DNA of 62,972 bases, filler included, from Sphacelaria rigidula (lineage: Eukaryota): the NCBI GenBank assembly GCA_964200075.2. It is 9 parts of 9 records of this genome, joined end to end, with 100 filler letters (N's around TTAATTAATTAA, not from the genome) between each part and the next. Parts side by side here need not be neighbours in the genome. Positions count along the whole stretch, not along the records: positions 21,025 to 27,932 come from CAXNAA020017466.1; positions 28,033 to 34,940 come from CAXNAA020017467.1; 7 more parts are not named here. One strand, written 5' to 3'. Below the pieces are notes generated by a model. It did not search any database. It worked only from the letters and a program-made list of their open reading frames with translations, and was not told the DNA's origin. Both the position numbers and the translations under genes were made by a program. Shown here in pieces: positions 21,787-34,389 of the stretch; within the stretch, counting starts at the first letter, position 1; each line of letters starts with the position of its first letter.

Positions 21787-24700
21787 GTGTATTTCGAGGC
21801 GGGGTGGTCCCCGTCAGAAATGGTTGTGGAGGCGGGGGATTCAGTTATTCCTTTGCGGTTTACAGATGTGGAGTGTGCGTTGGTCTTACCGGGGATGATG
21901 TTGGGTTCAGCAGGGCAACCGTTGGTACCTTGCTCGCTAAATGATACGAAAATTTCAGGTTGCTGGACCCGGCTTCGACCGCCGTTTTTGCAGTCGAGCC
22001 GGTACTGCCGGAGCCGCCGGAGGCCATGTTCGGTGATCTATGTGCGGAGAAACGTGCTGCATTCCGTCGTTTGTGGGGGTGTATCCCTCCTCACTTACAT
22101 AACATCACTTTCGGTTTACAGGACAAGTACTGGCAGGTGGAGGATATTGATAAGTTGGCGGATGTGCTGTGCAAATTCTCTAACAGATTCTCGGTGAATA
22201 AAATGGATTTGGGGTACTGTACGGTGGATCCGTTCAAAATAGAGCTGAAGCCGGGGGCTAACCCCATCACACAACAGCCGTACCGTGACAACCCGGCCAC
22301 GCAACAGAAGGTGCAGGTTGAAATTGGCCGGTTGTTAGCGGCGGGGCTGCTGCGACGTTCTTACTTCAGTTGGAGCTCTCCGTTGGTGGTGGTGAACAAA
22401 AAGGATGGAGGTATTCGGTTGACTTGCAACTATCGGAAGCTTAATGACGCCACTGTAATCCCGGTCTTGCCCATTCCGACTATCGACGAGCTGTTGGATG
22501 CGCTCGGCGGTGCCAAGGTTTTCACTTGCCTTGATATTCTGTCGGGCTATGTTAAGATCTCCCTGCACCCTGATACCGTTCCACTGACCGCGGTGTGTAC
22601 TCAATCGGGATTGTACGGGTGGTTGGTGATGCCAATGGGATGCAGTGGGAGCCCGGGGTGGTTTCAGTCCATCATGGCTCGGGTATGTGAGGGTCTAATG
22701 CGGTGGCGTTTGTACATCGATGATATTTGCACGTTCAGTGCAAATGGGACTGAACATGTGAATGATTTGTCGGACTTTTTGGAACGCCTCACAAAATTCA
22801 ACCTTAAATTGGCGCCGAAGCAGGCTCACGTGGGGGCGGGGGAGGTTACTTTCCTTGGTCATTGCATCGCGGCGGACGGAATTTTGCCCGACTCTACGAA
22901 GGTTGATGCGCTGCGCCTCATGCCGATGCCTACGCCCGTGACTGAGTTACGTTCGCTTATGGGGGGGTTGAGTTACTACCGCAAGTTCATCCCTAAAATG
23001 GCGGCTCGCACTAAATCCATTAACGGGCTGTTGAAGAAGGGGGTTGAGTTTTATCTCACGCCGGAACATGAGAAAACGGTGCGCGAAATTCTAGGGGAGT
23101 TGTCCGGCCCGAAAAAATTATCTTTTCCGGAATACGGTGGAGCGGTGTCGGGTGGTCGTCCTTTCATGTTGGTCACGGACGCGAGTAAAGATGGTTTGGG
23201 GGCGGTGGTGGAGCAACGTCATTCGGAAGGTAACGTGCGGCCGCTTTGGTTTTTGAGCCGCAGTACTTTGCCTAACGAGCGTAACTGGACGGCCACCGAG
23301 TTGGAAGCGGGGGCGATTGTTTGGGCTGTCAAGAAAAGCCGGCCGTTGTTTTATGGGATTCCTTTCCAAATTTTCAGCGACCACCAACCGTTGCGCAGCT
23401 TGTTCAGTCTTGCGGAGAAAGTGCCCAGGGTCGAGCGTTGGCAAGATTTCCTCAGTGCTTACACCTATGAGATTTTCTACAAGCCGGGCGTGGCTAACTC
23501 CAACGCCGACATGCTATCGCGTCTTCCTCTTGCTCACAGTGAAGAAGATGTAAGTGGTCCTTTTCGCATCTCTGACCCGGCTGATTTAGATGTTTACTTT
23601 ATCGGGGCTAGCGGGGTGGCGCCGCGGGATTTTGGATCCTCCCATGTTGCCAGCTTGAATGGGCTTCCCTCTGTGGGGCCGGGCCCCCGTACTTCAAGCT
23701 TGGATGGGCTTGCTCCCCGGGGTAATTTTCAGATGGGGGAGAGTGGACTGAGATAGCGGATGCCACATGGGATCGGATTCAGGAGAGACTTGAGTCATCG
23801 AGTCCTACACTGGGCTGGAAGGGACCGGAAGTGGTAAAGGACGACTACGGCTTCTCTCCCCAAGTGTAACCGATGTGGTGTGTGGGCAGTGGAAACCGGG
23901 CTTGTGCTTGCACGCTTGCCCCGTTACTGAAGTGGGAAAATATGTGTTGCATGAGACGGCGGGCTCGGAAATTTTTGTAATCTCGGATGAGGAGGCGGGG
24001 TCGACCAAAGAGGACGGTTCAGGTACGCCGGCGCTCACTCTAGAGGCGGCGGAAGCGTGTAATTTTAGGGAGCGGTTGTGTGCCAAGTCAGCAAGTGACT
24101 GGGCGCAAATCCAACTTACTGATCAGACCGCTCGTACGACTGCCGTCTATCTTTGACAGGGAAAGTCAACCCTCTCGAAGGAAGAGGGGAAAGCGATGGA
24201 TAGCAGAATGGACGAAAAAGAACTCCGAGCGTTGTTCAAACAAGGGGAGTTGCTCGAGTTGGCGGACGGGGGGAAACTGTTAGTGAAAAAGCTGACGGTC
24301 GCGCCGGTGGGGTCGGAGGATTGGAACCCGTGTATGTTTGAGCGATACCTTGGAGACGAACCGGTGCGAACCTATGTCCCTTTGTTCCTCAGGTCCTGGG
24401 TAATGGGCCAAACGCACAAGGAAGCAGTGCATCTGGGGGAAAAGTGCCTCTCTCTCGTCTGCAACGGTACTATTGGTGGATAGGGATGAAAGAGAGTGTG
24501 AAATTCTGGACCCGACGCTGTTATTCATGTCAGGCCAAGAAATCTGATCGGTACACGGTGCGGTGGCCTTTAGTTTCGCTGCCACTACCGAGTCGGCCAG
24601 GGCAAATGGTAGCTTTTGATTTCCTAGGGCCCTTACCGAAAACAAAGAGGGGTAACAGACACATCTTCCTCATGGTGGATCTGTTTGGTGGGCACGCGGA

Positions 24701-26240
24701 GGGGTACGCGATCACCTCTGAAGAGCACTCGGCTACCGGTTGTGCTGCAATTATAGTGGTGGACTATGTGCCACGATGGGGTTGCCCGAACACTTTCTTG
24801 TCGGATCGGGGGGCGGAGTTCACTTCCGCGGTGTGTAGATCGGTGTATGAAATGATGGGTGCGGTAAAGCGGTTCGCAAGCTCGTATCACCCCCAGACGA
24901 ATGGGATGGTGGAGCGGTTGAATCACACCTTGTGTCAAATGCTGTCGTATTTGGTGGTGAACGATCAGAGCAACTGGGATGAGTCTTTACTGCATGCGAT
25001 CTCAGCACACAAAAATAACAGCAGTAGGGGTACCGGGTTGTCTCCAAATGAGGTACATATTGGACGCTACCCGCGCATGCCCATGACCATTCTGGAAGAT
25101 ATGGGGGTGCGGGGGCACCAGCGTTTGAAGGCCGATCAGCTGGATTATCTCCACCTGATGAGAGATCGGCAGGTAAAGGCGTATGAGTCGGTGAGGCAAG
25201 AAGAGTTTTTGATCATAGCAAAACATGAAGCCAAGAACGAGGGTATTCAGGAAATGGTAAACCGCCGGCCAAAAGTCAAGCGGGCCAGTGAGCATTTGTT
25301 TATGACGACAAAAGCACCATCGCTGCGGGGGGTACGGCGGTGCAGGTGACATCGGGTACCGCCCGGACGTCTTTGGCACTGTCAGCGAAGCTGGCTCAGT
25401 GTTGGACGGGGCCATACAAAATTTTATTGGTTGGACCGGGGGTAACCTCGGAGGGTGAACAGGTGGGCAGTAATCTACTGTTGCTGGAGATTCGGTGAAA
25501 CGAGCCAGGGATCAACACGAATTCCAGGGTGTCAGTGGCGAGGTGTACAAGGTATTACAACCCCCATGAGGGGCCGGACAAACCGAGATTTCTGCCCTGG
25601 GGGCTCAGTCAATATGTCATGAACAAATACTCTGAACGGTCGCCTCCTTTGCATCTCTCGGCGGAAGACGTCACGATGGAGTTGGATACTCACAAAATTT
25701 TGCCAGATAAATTGGTGAAACACAGGTTGTTTCGGGGTTTGGGTGGTAAGCTGGCGGTACAATACCTCACGTATTGGGGCGGCTTGGATGTCCCCAGGTG
25801 GGAGCATGAAACTGACCTTGAACAGTACGGCCAGCAGGTAATTTTGAAGTATTGGTTGGGCGAACCCACACAGGTTGAAGGTGACAATGCGCAATACCGG
25901 AAATACTGCATTCACTTGTCGCGGCGCATATCTGCGCACGAACGGGGCGGATATTACGTGGCGTCGGGTTATAAAGTGTCGGAACGGCGGAAGGATGGGC
26001 CTAATGTGTACAACCTGACATTGTGGGCGCTTACGTGTATTTTAAAACGGCGTCCGCAGGTTGGCAGTTGTCCGAGGTGGTGGGACTGCAGGAGGAGAAC
26101 CCACGTCAGCGGGAGCGTCCGCACACTCTCCGCATGATGGATTTGAGGCCGAAGTACGCTGTACATCTGAAGTGGGCCGCCCTCGATGAGAGCCGTGGTC
26201 AACCGGGGGACTGGTGCTGGCGTATTCACAGCTGCGGAAA
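21787..26240 (+). mobile_element. Ty3/gypsy (chromovirus-type) pol: RT-RNaseH-INT-chromodomain, frameshifted, with no gag or protease seen
   Basis: RT: KKDGGIRLTCNYRKLN, MPMG, YIDD. RNase H: VTDAS, TELEAGAIVWA, SDHQPL, NADMLSR. Integrase: H..H..CYSC, FDFLGPLP, SDRGAEF, HPQTNGMVERLN. WTGPY at ~25402. Chromo-like LVKHR..QYLTYWGGLDVPRWEHETDL at ~25710-25820. Confidence 0.93.
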
Positions 26241-27609
26241 ACCGCTAAGTATTTCGCGCATGGCTGGTGAAGGGGCAGGGATTTTGTTTGGTCTTGGAAC
26301 TGGGGTGGGCATATTCAGATGCGGCGGAACCGTCAAATATTCCGGGCATGTGGGTGATAGGGCTGGATTAAATCGAGGTGGAGCTAGACGTGGCGGGCGG
26401 GCGAGTTTGATGTTTGGGAAAGGGCAATCATGGAGGGGGGGGCTATTCGGAGCGCGGCGACAAGAAGAGCGGTTTGGAGCGCCGCTAACCTGCACGCAAG
26501 AACGAGCAGGAGGACGACGCGAATGAGTGATGTAATGGCTGGAGCTCGGCGTTAAATTTGACTCATGTCCATTTGCGGTTTTCGCGTGCAGTTTTTTCTT
26601 TTGGTGAATTGAGATTTGGAGCCGGAGTTACCGCTGCTTTACCGATTTCCTCACTCCTTGCGAGCGGTTGTGTCCGGAGGCGGTGGCTCTGGAAACTCGT
26701 AGCAAGATAACATTTTTTTTCTGTTTTCGGAATGTTTTCATTTGTCCTTGTCTTGGTTTTGTGTTGGCTCATGTAGGATCTAGACAGTGATACCGTACTC
26801 TCGTCGAGTGTTTTCCGCTGGTTTATTTGTCGTCATGGTTGGATATCGAGCCGGAGCCGTCATCTCCGTCGATTTCCCACTCCTTGGAGGCGGATATATC
26901 CGGAGTTGGTCGGTGTTCGGGATCGGGATTGCTCTTGTTAGATACAGGACTCGGGTACAAACAAGCGGGTCGGGGGTTAACATCTGAGCTCGTACCGGTC
27001 TATGTTGTTTGCACAACGTAAGGTTCGTCTATGACCAAACGTTGTGTTCACAGGATGGGCTGATGTGGTGAGCTCAGACTTCAGTGGATCATTAGATGAG
27101 AACATAGCTGGGTAAAAACAGTGATGTGAGTAAAAGAGGTGTTATCAGAGGTATACTGGAGTATGACTGGCAGGGCCGCACTTGGGAGTCTTTGACAAGT
27201 TTGTAGAGGGTTGACCCAGACAGGTTTGAGGTTGACACAGACAGGGTGATGCAGGCAAATTGCACAGATTGTGTTGATGTGGATGCGAGAGTGGCAAGAG
27301 TCTTGGAGGTATCCTTTGGCCAGAGGTGTCTTGATTGGATGCTTAGGGACGGTTGGGGGACGAGTAGAGTAGCCAGGAGCTGTCGACATAGCGGATAGAA
27401 TGTGACGACCAGGTGCGGTGCATCTTCTCGTGGTGTTTTGGAGTGGGTCGTGCGTCGTGGAGAGTTTTGGGCACGCCCCACCCCCTTTCAGTTCTCACCA
27501 TCCCCACAACAACTGGGTTTGGGCTTCCTGCAAGAATACCAGGTGCTACTAAAATATATATAAAATTCAGACGACTCAAGTTTTGCCTACTTTCCTCCTG
27601 CAACTACAC

Positions 27610-27870
27610 CCATCTACAACGAGATATCCTCGGCTACCACCACAGCAGCTCTCCTCAGCTCCGAGTGTTAGTCCCACAACAGGATCACAGACACGAGAAT
27701 CTACACGCGAGAAGCAGGAACCTGTGTCTCAAGAGCGAAATTCAGGCTCTACACGGAGGTTCCTGCTTCTCGCGTGTAGATTCTCGTGTCTGTGTTCCTG
27801 TTGTGGGACCAACACTCGGAACTGAGGAGAGCTGCTGTGGTGGTAGCCGAGGATATCTCGTTGTAGATGG
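27610..27870. repeat. 261-bp near-perfect palindrome (~113-bp arms)
   Basis: CCATCTACAACGAGATATCCTCGG... pairs with ...CCGAGGATATCTCGTTGTAGATGG. Confidence 0.9.
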
Positions 27871-27876
27871 CCAGTC

Positions 27877-27932
27877 GCCCCGGTGGCTCAGTTGGTAACC
27901 TCGTAACCTTCTGATGGTTGAGTTGGGGGTTC
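27877..27932 (+). repeat. tRNA-derived (SINE-head-like) sequence, cut by the linker
   Basis: It has A-box TGGCTCAGTTGG and the start of a B-box GGTTC. The anticodon arm is not canonical. Confidence 0.55.
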
Positions 27933-28038
27933 NNNNNNNNNNNNNNNNNNNNNNNNNNNNNNNNNNNNNNNNNNNNTTAATTAATTAANNNNNNNNNNNN
28001 NNNNNNNNNNNNNNNNNNNNNNNNNNNNNNNNAAGCAT

Positions 28039-28820
28039 GGCTTTTGAGATGAACGTCATTTTTTTTCAACCCCATTTCCGAGAATCCACTGTTTCGGGGT
28101 GTTTGTTGGACGGGTCATGTTGAGAATCGGCATTATTTTCACTTCAATAGTAATAATAATGATGATGTCGATTCACAAAAGGCTCCTGCATACACACGCC
28201 ATATGTTTCGGAGAGTCCGGTCCCCGGAGATTTGGGTTGCACAGTACGCCCCACATATTTGTGTTCCTACAAAAAGAGACCCAGAAACAAAAAGTACAAC
28301 TCCTTCCGTAGCATTCATTCCTCGGGAGTGTCTACCCAGCCAATGTTTGGGTAAAGTATTGAGAGTATACCCAGCTCTATAAGCCCCATATATTTTGGCT
28401 CCTACGAAAACGAGACCCAGAAGAATAAAGTGCAATCCCTATCGTAGCATCGCTATAGATCAAGAATTACCTCAAAAGAGCTGGGTATACTCTCAATACT
28501 TTACCCAAACATTGGCTGGGCAGACACTCCCGAGGAATGAATGCTACGGAAGGAGTTGTACTTTTTGTTTCTGGGTCTCTTTTTTGTAGGAATACAAATA
28601 TGTGGGGCGTACTGTGCAACCCAAATCTCCGGGGACCGGACTCTCCGAAACATAATATGGCGTGTGTACGCAGGAGCCTTTTGTGAATCGATATCATCAT
28701 TATTATTACTATTGAAGTGAAAATAATGCCGATTCTCAACATGACCCGTCCAACAAACACCCCGAAACAGTGGATTCTCGGAAATGGGGTTGAAAAAAAA
28801 TGACGTTCATCTCAAAAGCC
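28039..28820. repeat. Foldback element with ~340-bp inverted arms and a ~100-bp spacer
   Basis: 28039-28378 is the reverse complement of 28477-28820; it also shows up as mirrored ORFs 28099 (+) and 28760 (-). Confidence 0.9.
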
Positions 28821-28845
28821 GGGCTTCCCCTGAGGGCCTGTCTTA

Positions 28846-29036
28846 GGCCGCGTCTTAGCACTTTTTTTCCGATCGAAAATGTGCGGTGGAAAACAAAAAT
28901 CCCGATCTGATAGGCTGTGATTTCCACCGCCATGTTCGAAATTTACGACGATGGTTAAAATTACGGCCTGTCAGATCGGAATCATTGTTTTCCACCGCAT
29001 ATTTTCGATCGGAAAAAAAGGTGCCAAGACACGCCC
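28846..29036. mobile_element. PIF/Harbinger (Tourist-like) palindromic MITE with TTA TSD
   Basis: It reads TTA|GGCCGCGTCTTAGCAC...GTGCCAAGACACGCCC|TTA. Related copies lie at ~29040-29219 and 29220-29404. Confidence 0.8.
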
Positions 29037-29406
29037 TTAGCACATAACAGTGTATCAGTTTCGATCGAAAAAGTGTGGTGGAAAACAAAAATCCTGATCT
29101 GATAGGTCATGATTTCAACTATCTTCAAAATCAACGACGATGGTTGAAATTACGACCTATCATATCAAGACTTTTGTTTTCCACCGCACTTTTTCTATCC
29201 AAAACCATGTGTGTGCTAAGGGCGTGTCTTAGCACCTTTTTTTTTCGATCGAAAAAGTGCGGGGAAAAACAAAAATCTTGATCTGGTAGGTCGTAATTTC
29301 AACAATCGTCGTCGATTTTGAAGATGGTTGAAATCATGACCTATCAGATCAGGATTTTCGTTTTCCACCGCACTTTTTCGATCGAAAACGCATGTATGTG
29401 TTAAAA

Positions 29407-30245
29407 GGGCGGATGTTATGGCAACAGATCTTTGACCCACAGATTTAGGAATCCTGGTGAAACAAATCCGCAGCAAATTTGGTTTCGGGAACGATGTTAT
29501 GGCAGCACACAGATTTTCATAACATACTGTTCTGATTTGTTTACCTCCACCAGGGTTTCGAGTTTTATGTTTGACGTGTTTCAACAGTTGTTCACAGTCC
29601 CGGAGATGTCTCGTGTGCTGTGGCGTGCTGTAGTAATGTAGCGTCACTGCCGCAGAGAGGTCATCACCACCCCACTAACATCAGTGCCGGTTCTTTCGAG
29701 CACATAAGTAAGCGACCATGCCCCCCTCGTTCTTGCTAAAGTTGAATCCTTCATCGAAGGATCGCAGAACTACTCGCCAGACAGCGACGACAGTGCGCAT
29801 CACATGTCTACTCTCTCAACGTCTCTCTGCAATGGTTTTGCCTGGAGACCGACGAGCAAGGCGTGTCGTTTTTTGTCTCGTACGCGCGAAGCGGGCTTCA
29901 TGGCGTGTCCGACTGCGGTGTGTGGTTTACTTCGTGTGTTATTGGTCGTTGTCGACAGGATCACTCACAAAGGTGCAGCCAGCACGCCGGCACATCCAAG
30001 AAAAAGGCGGCGTGACCCCATTATGACGGTCTGCCGGCCAAAACGCAGAAATCCGTGTGCAAAAATCCGTGCTTGCCGACCCCCGCCAGTTTGCCCGAAA
30101 TTCTGTGGGACTCGGGCCCCGAATCTTGGCCACGGAATTTTTCACCCAAAATTTCGATAAATCTGTACCCATAATAACATACTCGTAGGTGTCACACGAA
30201 TGTTGAAGATCCGGGGCCGAAGATCTGTTGCCATAACATCCGGCC
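29407..30245. mobile_element. Harbinger-like non-autonomous element with TIR GGCCGGATGTTATGG
   Basis: GGGCGGATGTTATGGCAACAGATCT pairs with AGATCTGTTGCCATAACATCCGGCC, followed by TAA. Confidence 0.7.
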
Positions 30246-30293
30246 TAAGGGCCTGTCTTAGGGCCTGTTTTAGGCCTCAGGCCGGATGTTACA

Positions 30294-30542
30294 GGCCGGA
30301 TGTTATGGCGAAGATTTTTCATTTTATTTTATTGCACACGGATTATTGTTCAGCGGCCGCTCTCGAAACCTTGGGACCGAGCGAATCTGAAAAGTGGGAT
30401 AGGCTCCTCTCTGTGGGGGGTGATGCAAAGTGTCCAAGACGTGTGTTGGCGATTTTCCCTGTTCGGGAGTCAAAAAGTGGCTTAAATGTCTCAAAAGTGA
30501 ACAATGAGTGGGCCAAAGATCTGTGTGCCATAACATCCGGCC
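30294..30542. mobile_element. MITE with TIR GGCCGGATGTTATGG
   Basis: It has 15-bp inverted termini, and its interior is the inverse of parts of 30909-31244. Confidence 0.75.
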
Positions 30543-30908
30543 TTGAACCTCATGAGTTTTTTCCGACCCCATTTTCGAGAATCCACGGTTGTTCCGAGCA
30601 GCCCCGAAAAATGTTTTCGCTAAAAAAAGTGCAACCCCCACCGTTGCATTGCTCTCTCAGCAAAACCCGGGTATAGAGTATCACTTTCTGAGTATTACCT
30701 CAATACCCCACTCAAAACTGGGTAGAATTAAATATAATCTCAATATCCGGTCGGTTTTGGGGTAATTTGGATATTATATATGATTTCTATACTTTACCGA
30801 AGCATTGCCGAGTAAGTACTCCTCTCAGAAGCATACCGGCTGTAGAACATTACCTGGGTACAGTATATGACTCCGAATCTCTACTCAATATTTCAAGTAA
30901 GTACTAAA

Positions 30909-31244
30909 GGCCGGATGTTATGGTAAACATATTTTTGGCCCACGGATTGTTCACCTTTGGTACGTTTGACTCGACTTGTGACCCTCAAGCCTAGAAAACC
31001 GCCAACACACGTCTCAGACACTTCTTGGCATCACCCCACAGAGAGGAGCCTAGTTTGCTTTTCAGATTCGCTTGGCTCCGAGGTTCGAAATTGGCCGCGG
31101 AACAAAAATTTGCGCATAACAATCTGTGCCTGCCGACCCCCGCCAGTTTGTTGTGGCGGTTTTCTTGGGGGTCAAAAGGTGGGTCAAACGTCATGAACGT
31201 GAACAATCCGTGGGCCAAAAATCTATGTGCCATAACATCCGGCC
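30909..31244. mobile_element. MITE with TIR GGCCGGATGTTATGG
   Basis: It has inverted termini extending ~45 bp, with TAA on the right flank. Confidence 0.75.
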
Positions 31245-32476
31245 TAAGAGTAGAACTTTTCATCATACCCGGGTATCGAGCATACCCCACCCAACACGCC
31301 CTTGCATTTTCTATTATATATAGCCGCCCCTGGTTTGGGGAGGCAAAATTTCGAGGTAAATCAAGATGAAAAAAAACGAGCACAACAACGAGCAGCTAGG
31401 AATTTCCACGCTTGGGTTCGTTTTTGCTCCCGTCAATATATGACGCGCTTCATGCAGCCTGAAACCGAATATCAGGCGCTGTATGACCATTTTCATCGTG
31501 GCAGTTTTTGGCTGTTTTTTTTTGGGTGGGGGTATCGTAGAAAGTCTCCAAAGTTCGTTCAGTTTCAACTCTGGAAATCTACCTTTGGGTACCTTTGGGT
31601 AATGAGTGCCATTACATACACACACATATATATGCTCCGCAGTGTCAAGAGACAAACCTGCATTGCGGCAAGAAAAAAGCCGTTACGGCGGTGGCATAAA
31701 ACGAACAAACATGCAAACCGGAAGAGGACGAATCCTGCTGTCATGTTTCCTCTTGCTTGCACCCGAAGAGTGCCTACAACCCTACAGATTAGGCCAGTTC
31801 CCCATCGACCAGTGTGGGGTCTAGTGGCGGAGAAACAGATACCAATAAAAGTCACCCGCCCGGTCCAACTGCACGACGGAAGGAAGAGCCCTGCTTGGTA
31901 GCAGCGGTACAATGAATAGCATGATGAAGAGCTGCTGCATCGTGTCGTTAGCTTTCAGTCTGGTGAGTATGGTTTTTGCTCGGGGCTTTTTTTCGTGCGA
32001 CCCAATACTTCTTCGAAGTGTTGTGCGCCTGCTACACTTCGGCTTGTACAAGATCCAAATGGCGCAATAGTGATGATCGAGTAGTCGGATTGATTTGACT
32101 GCCAACAGTAGTTGTACTCTCTCCATCACCATCTAATGTGTGTGTTGGTTTGGTGATGACCAATTGGCCAAGGTCTGTGTAATTGGTTTTGTGATTGATA
32201 AGCCACGATTTTTGCCGCAAGCGATGGTTGATTATATAGATACGTCCTCCATACATTGGAATGAACGGCCATGGGTTTTGTGTGAAGGCTACTAGATCCA
32301 TTTCCCCCTGCGGTGACGATTGCCCAGGTAATAATGCATGCCGCTTGACGCGCGCACGGAGAAGTTATGATGAACAAGTCAGACGACGTCGTCAGAGTGG
32401 TGTTTTTTGTTCGCGTGTCTCTCAAAAGCGCCAGGGTGCTCGTTTATTCTCGTACGTGCCAGGGTTTCACTCCCTT

Positions 32477-32686
32477 TGTGATGCGTGAGAGGACCGCGTG
32501 CTTAGAGGACCGCGTCGGAAGTTGAACATCCCTATGGTTGGGGGAAGGGGTAGGGTTAGTGTTGGGGTTGGGGTCAGGGGCATGGTTCCTGCAGGGACTG
32601 ATCCGATCGGTTTAGGAAAACGTCGATCCCTTGGTGTTGGAGCTACGGTACGGCCCTCTAAGCGCGCGGTCCTCTCACGCATTACA
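32477..32686. mobile_element. 210-bp TGT..ACA element with ~30-bp TIRs and 5-bp TSD CCCTT (Ginger2/TDD-like MITE or atypical solo LTR)
   Basis: It reads CCCTT|TGTGATGCGTGAGAGGACCGCG...CGCGGTCCTCTCACGCATTACA|CCCTT. Confidence 0.8.
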
Positions 32687-33905
32687 CCCTTCACCACAAC
32701 GGCAACTGATGCGCGAGCAGTCGCGCGCGATAAGAAGCAAAAACGGGCGAAAATGTAGTAGTGCGGTTCAAGTAATTGATCGCGTGTTGATGACAACTAC
32801 AGTATGCCATTATCATGATGGGCGGCTGATTCTAGTCGTCTGTAGATCATTGGAGGTATGTATATACATGTATATAAAAATAAATGTAGATGGGCCGGGA
32901 TGTGACTGGTTTGGATGCTTGTTATTGCTATTTCTTTCTTCTTTCGAGACGGAGGGAAGACAGTATATCAGACTCAGGATTCCCGTACATGTTTCACAGC
33001 AACTCGAACTTGTATATAACGAACCTCGACTTTGAAGCACCCCCATTACTACTAGAACCCAGTTTCCGTGAGATTGAGGTTGTACTATTGGATCGATGGC
33101 GATTTTTTTTATCAGCTCTAACTTGACCGTTTTTCCGTTGTTTTCATATTTACTTCTTGTCTGTGCAAATATATGTCGTGCACATAGCTACACACATGAA
33201 AACCTATACGGGTAGCGCTGGTACGCGTTATCCGCATTTTCGAGCGTACCTGGTTCGTGTCACACTGTGAGTGATGAGTTGAACGACGTGCGTACAGTTT
33301 GAATCGGATTGTGATCGCGCGGGTTGTCGCATGGTCTACTCGTTGTAAACCTGCCGATTCCTGGGACATCCATGTGGAAAACCGGTTCATGCTTCATGCT
33401 GTACTCATGCTGTTCAAGATGCCGATAACCTAGCGACGCTCAAAAATGCGGGTAATAACGTGTACCAGCGGCCACCCGTTATACTCAGGGGTGTGAGAGA
33501 TTTCAGTAGCAAGTAACAACACAGAAATCTTAGAAGAAGGCGTGGACTGGCATATCAAGGGTGAATCTTTTCTACGTATTCAACGGCCGTTCTACGGAAA
33601 GCGGAGTTGTACGTACATGTTCGCGATGGACGAAAATAATATAGTCAAAATGTGCGTCATCGGGTACATCCCACGCGCAAGAGCTTTATCTCAAGCCGGC
33701 CACCAACTACTCATAGCCCGGTGAAGTGTTCCCGAAGAAAATCTAGTTGTTTGATGGAACAGGATTTCGTTTGCTTGGGTCCTCACTCTTGATGTAATAT
33801 AGTAATAATACGTCGCTCTCGAACTCACAAAAACCACGGTTACCACTACTGAATGAATGATGAATCAATCAATCAAGAGGACCGCTCGAGCTGCCGTTGC
33901 CCATT

Positions 33906-34389
33906 CACACGCGGCCATTTGGCTACCTTCAAAATTCCTCCGGGGCGGTTCACCTTTTCGAGCGTCCAGAGAAATATAATACCTGTGACGGGTGACGGGG
34001 ATTGAATCCCCACGACTAACTTTTGTGACGGTTTAATAGACAACCAACTAGACTACTGACCAGTCAGCGCTGACTTGTCAATAGTCTAGTTCTCTTGAAC
34101 CGTCACATGCCTCCGGACGACGGGTGCCCGCCCCTCCGGAGGAGTATTTTCTAGTTTCCTCTGGAGGGATTAAACGCCCCCGAAGGCTTGATTGCTTTTG
34201 CTGGAGCGCAGATCCCTCAGGAGGCATTATGCTACCCTCACATTTCTCCGGAGGGGTGCGCGGGCTTCCAGGGCGGCAGTGTTCGGTTTCCTCCACAGGG
34301 ATTGAAGGCCTTCGGAGGCTTGTTTTGCCTCTAGCGGGCCGCGCAACACTCCGGGAGCATTTTGGGGGGTGGCCAAATGGCCGCGTGTG
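33906..34389. mobile_element. CAC-terminated MITE with 2-bp TSD (TT), carrying a tRNA-derived palindrome
   Basis: It reads TT|CACACGCGGCCATTTGGC...GCCAAATGGCCGCGTGTG|TT. Confidence 0.8.

Noticed and set aside
26430..27050. Polypurine tract and 3' LTR of the segment 4 element
   Set aside because: A G-run is present at ~26431-26442, but it is not followed by a clean TG start and there is no paired LTR.
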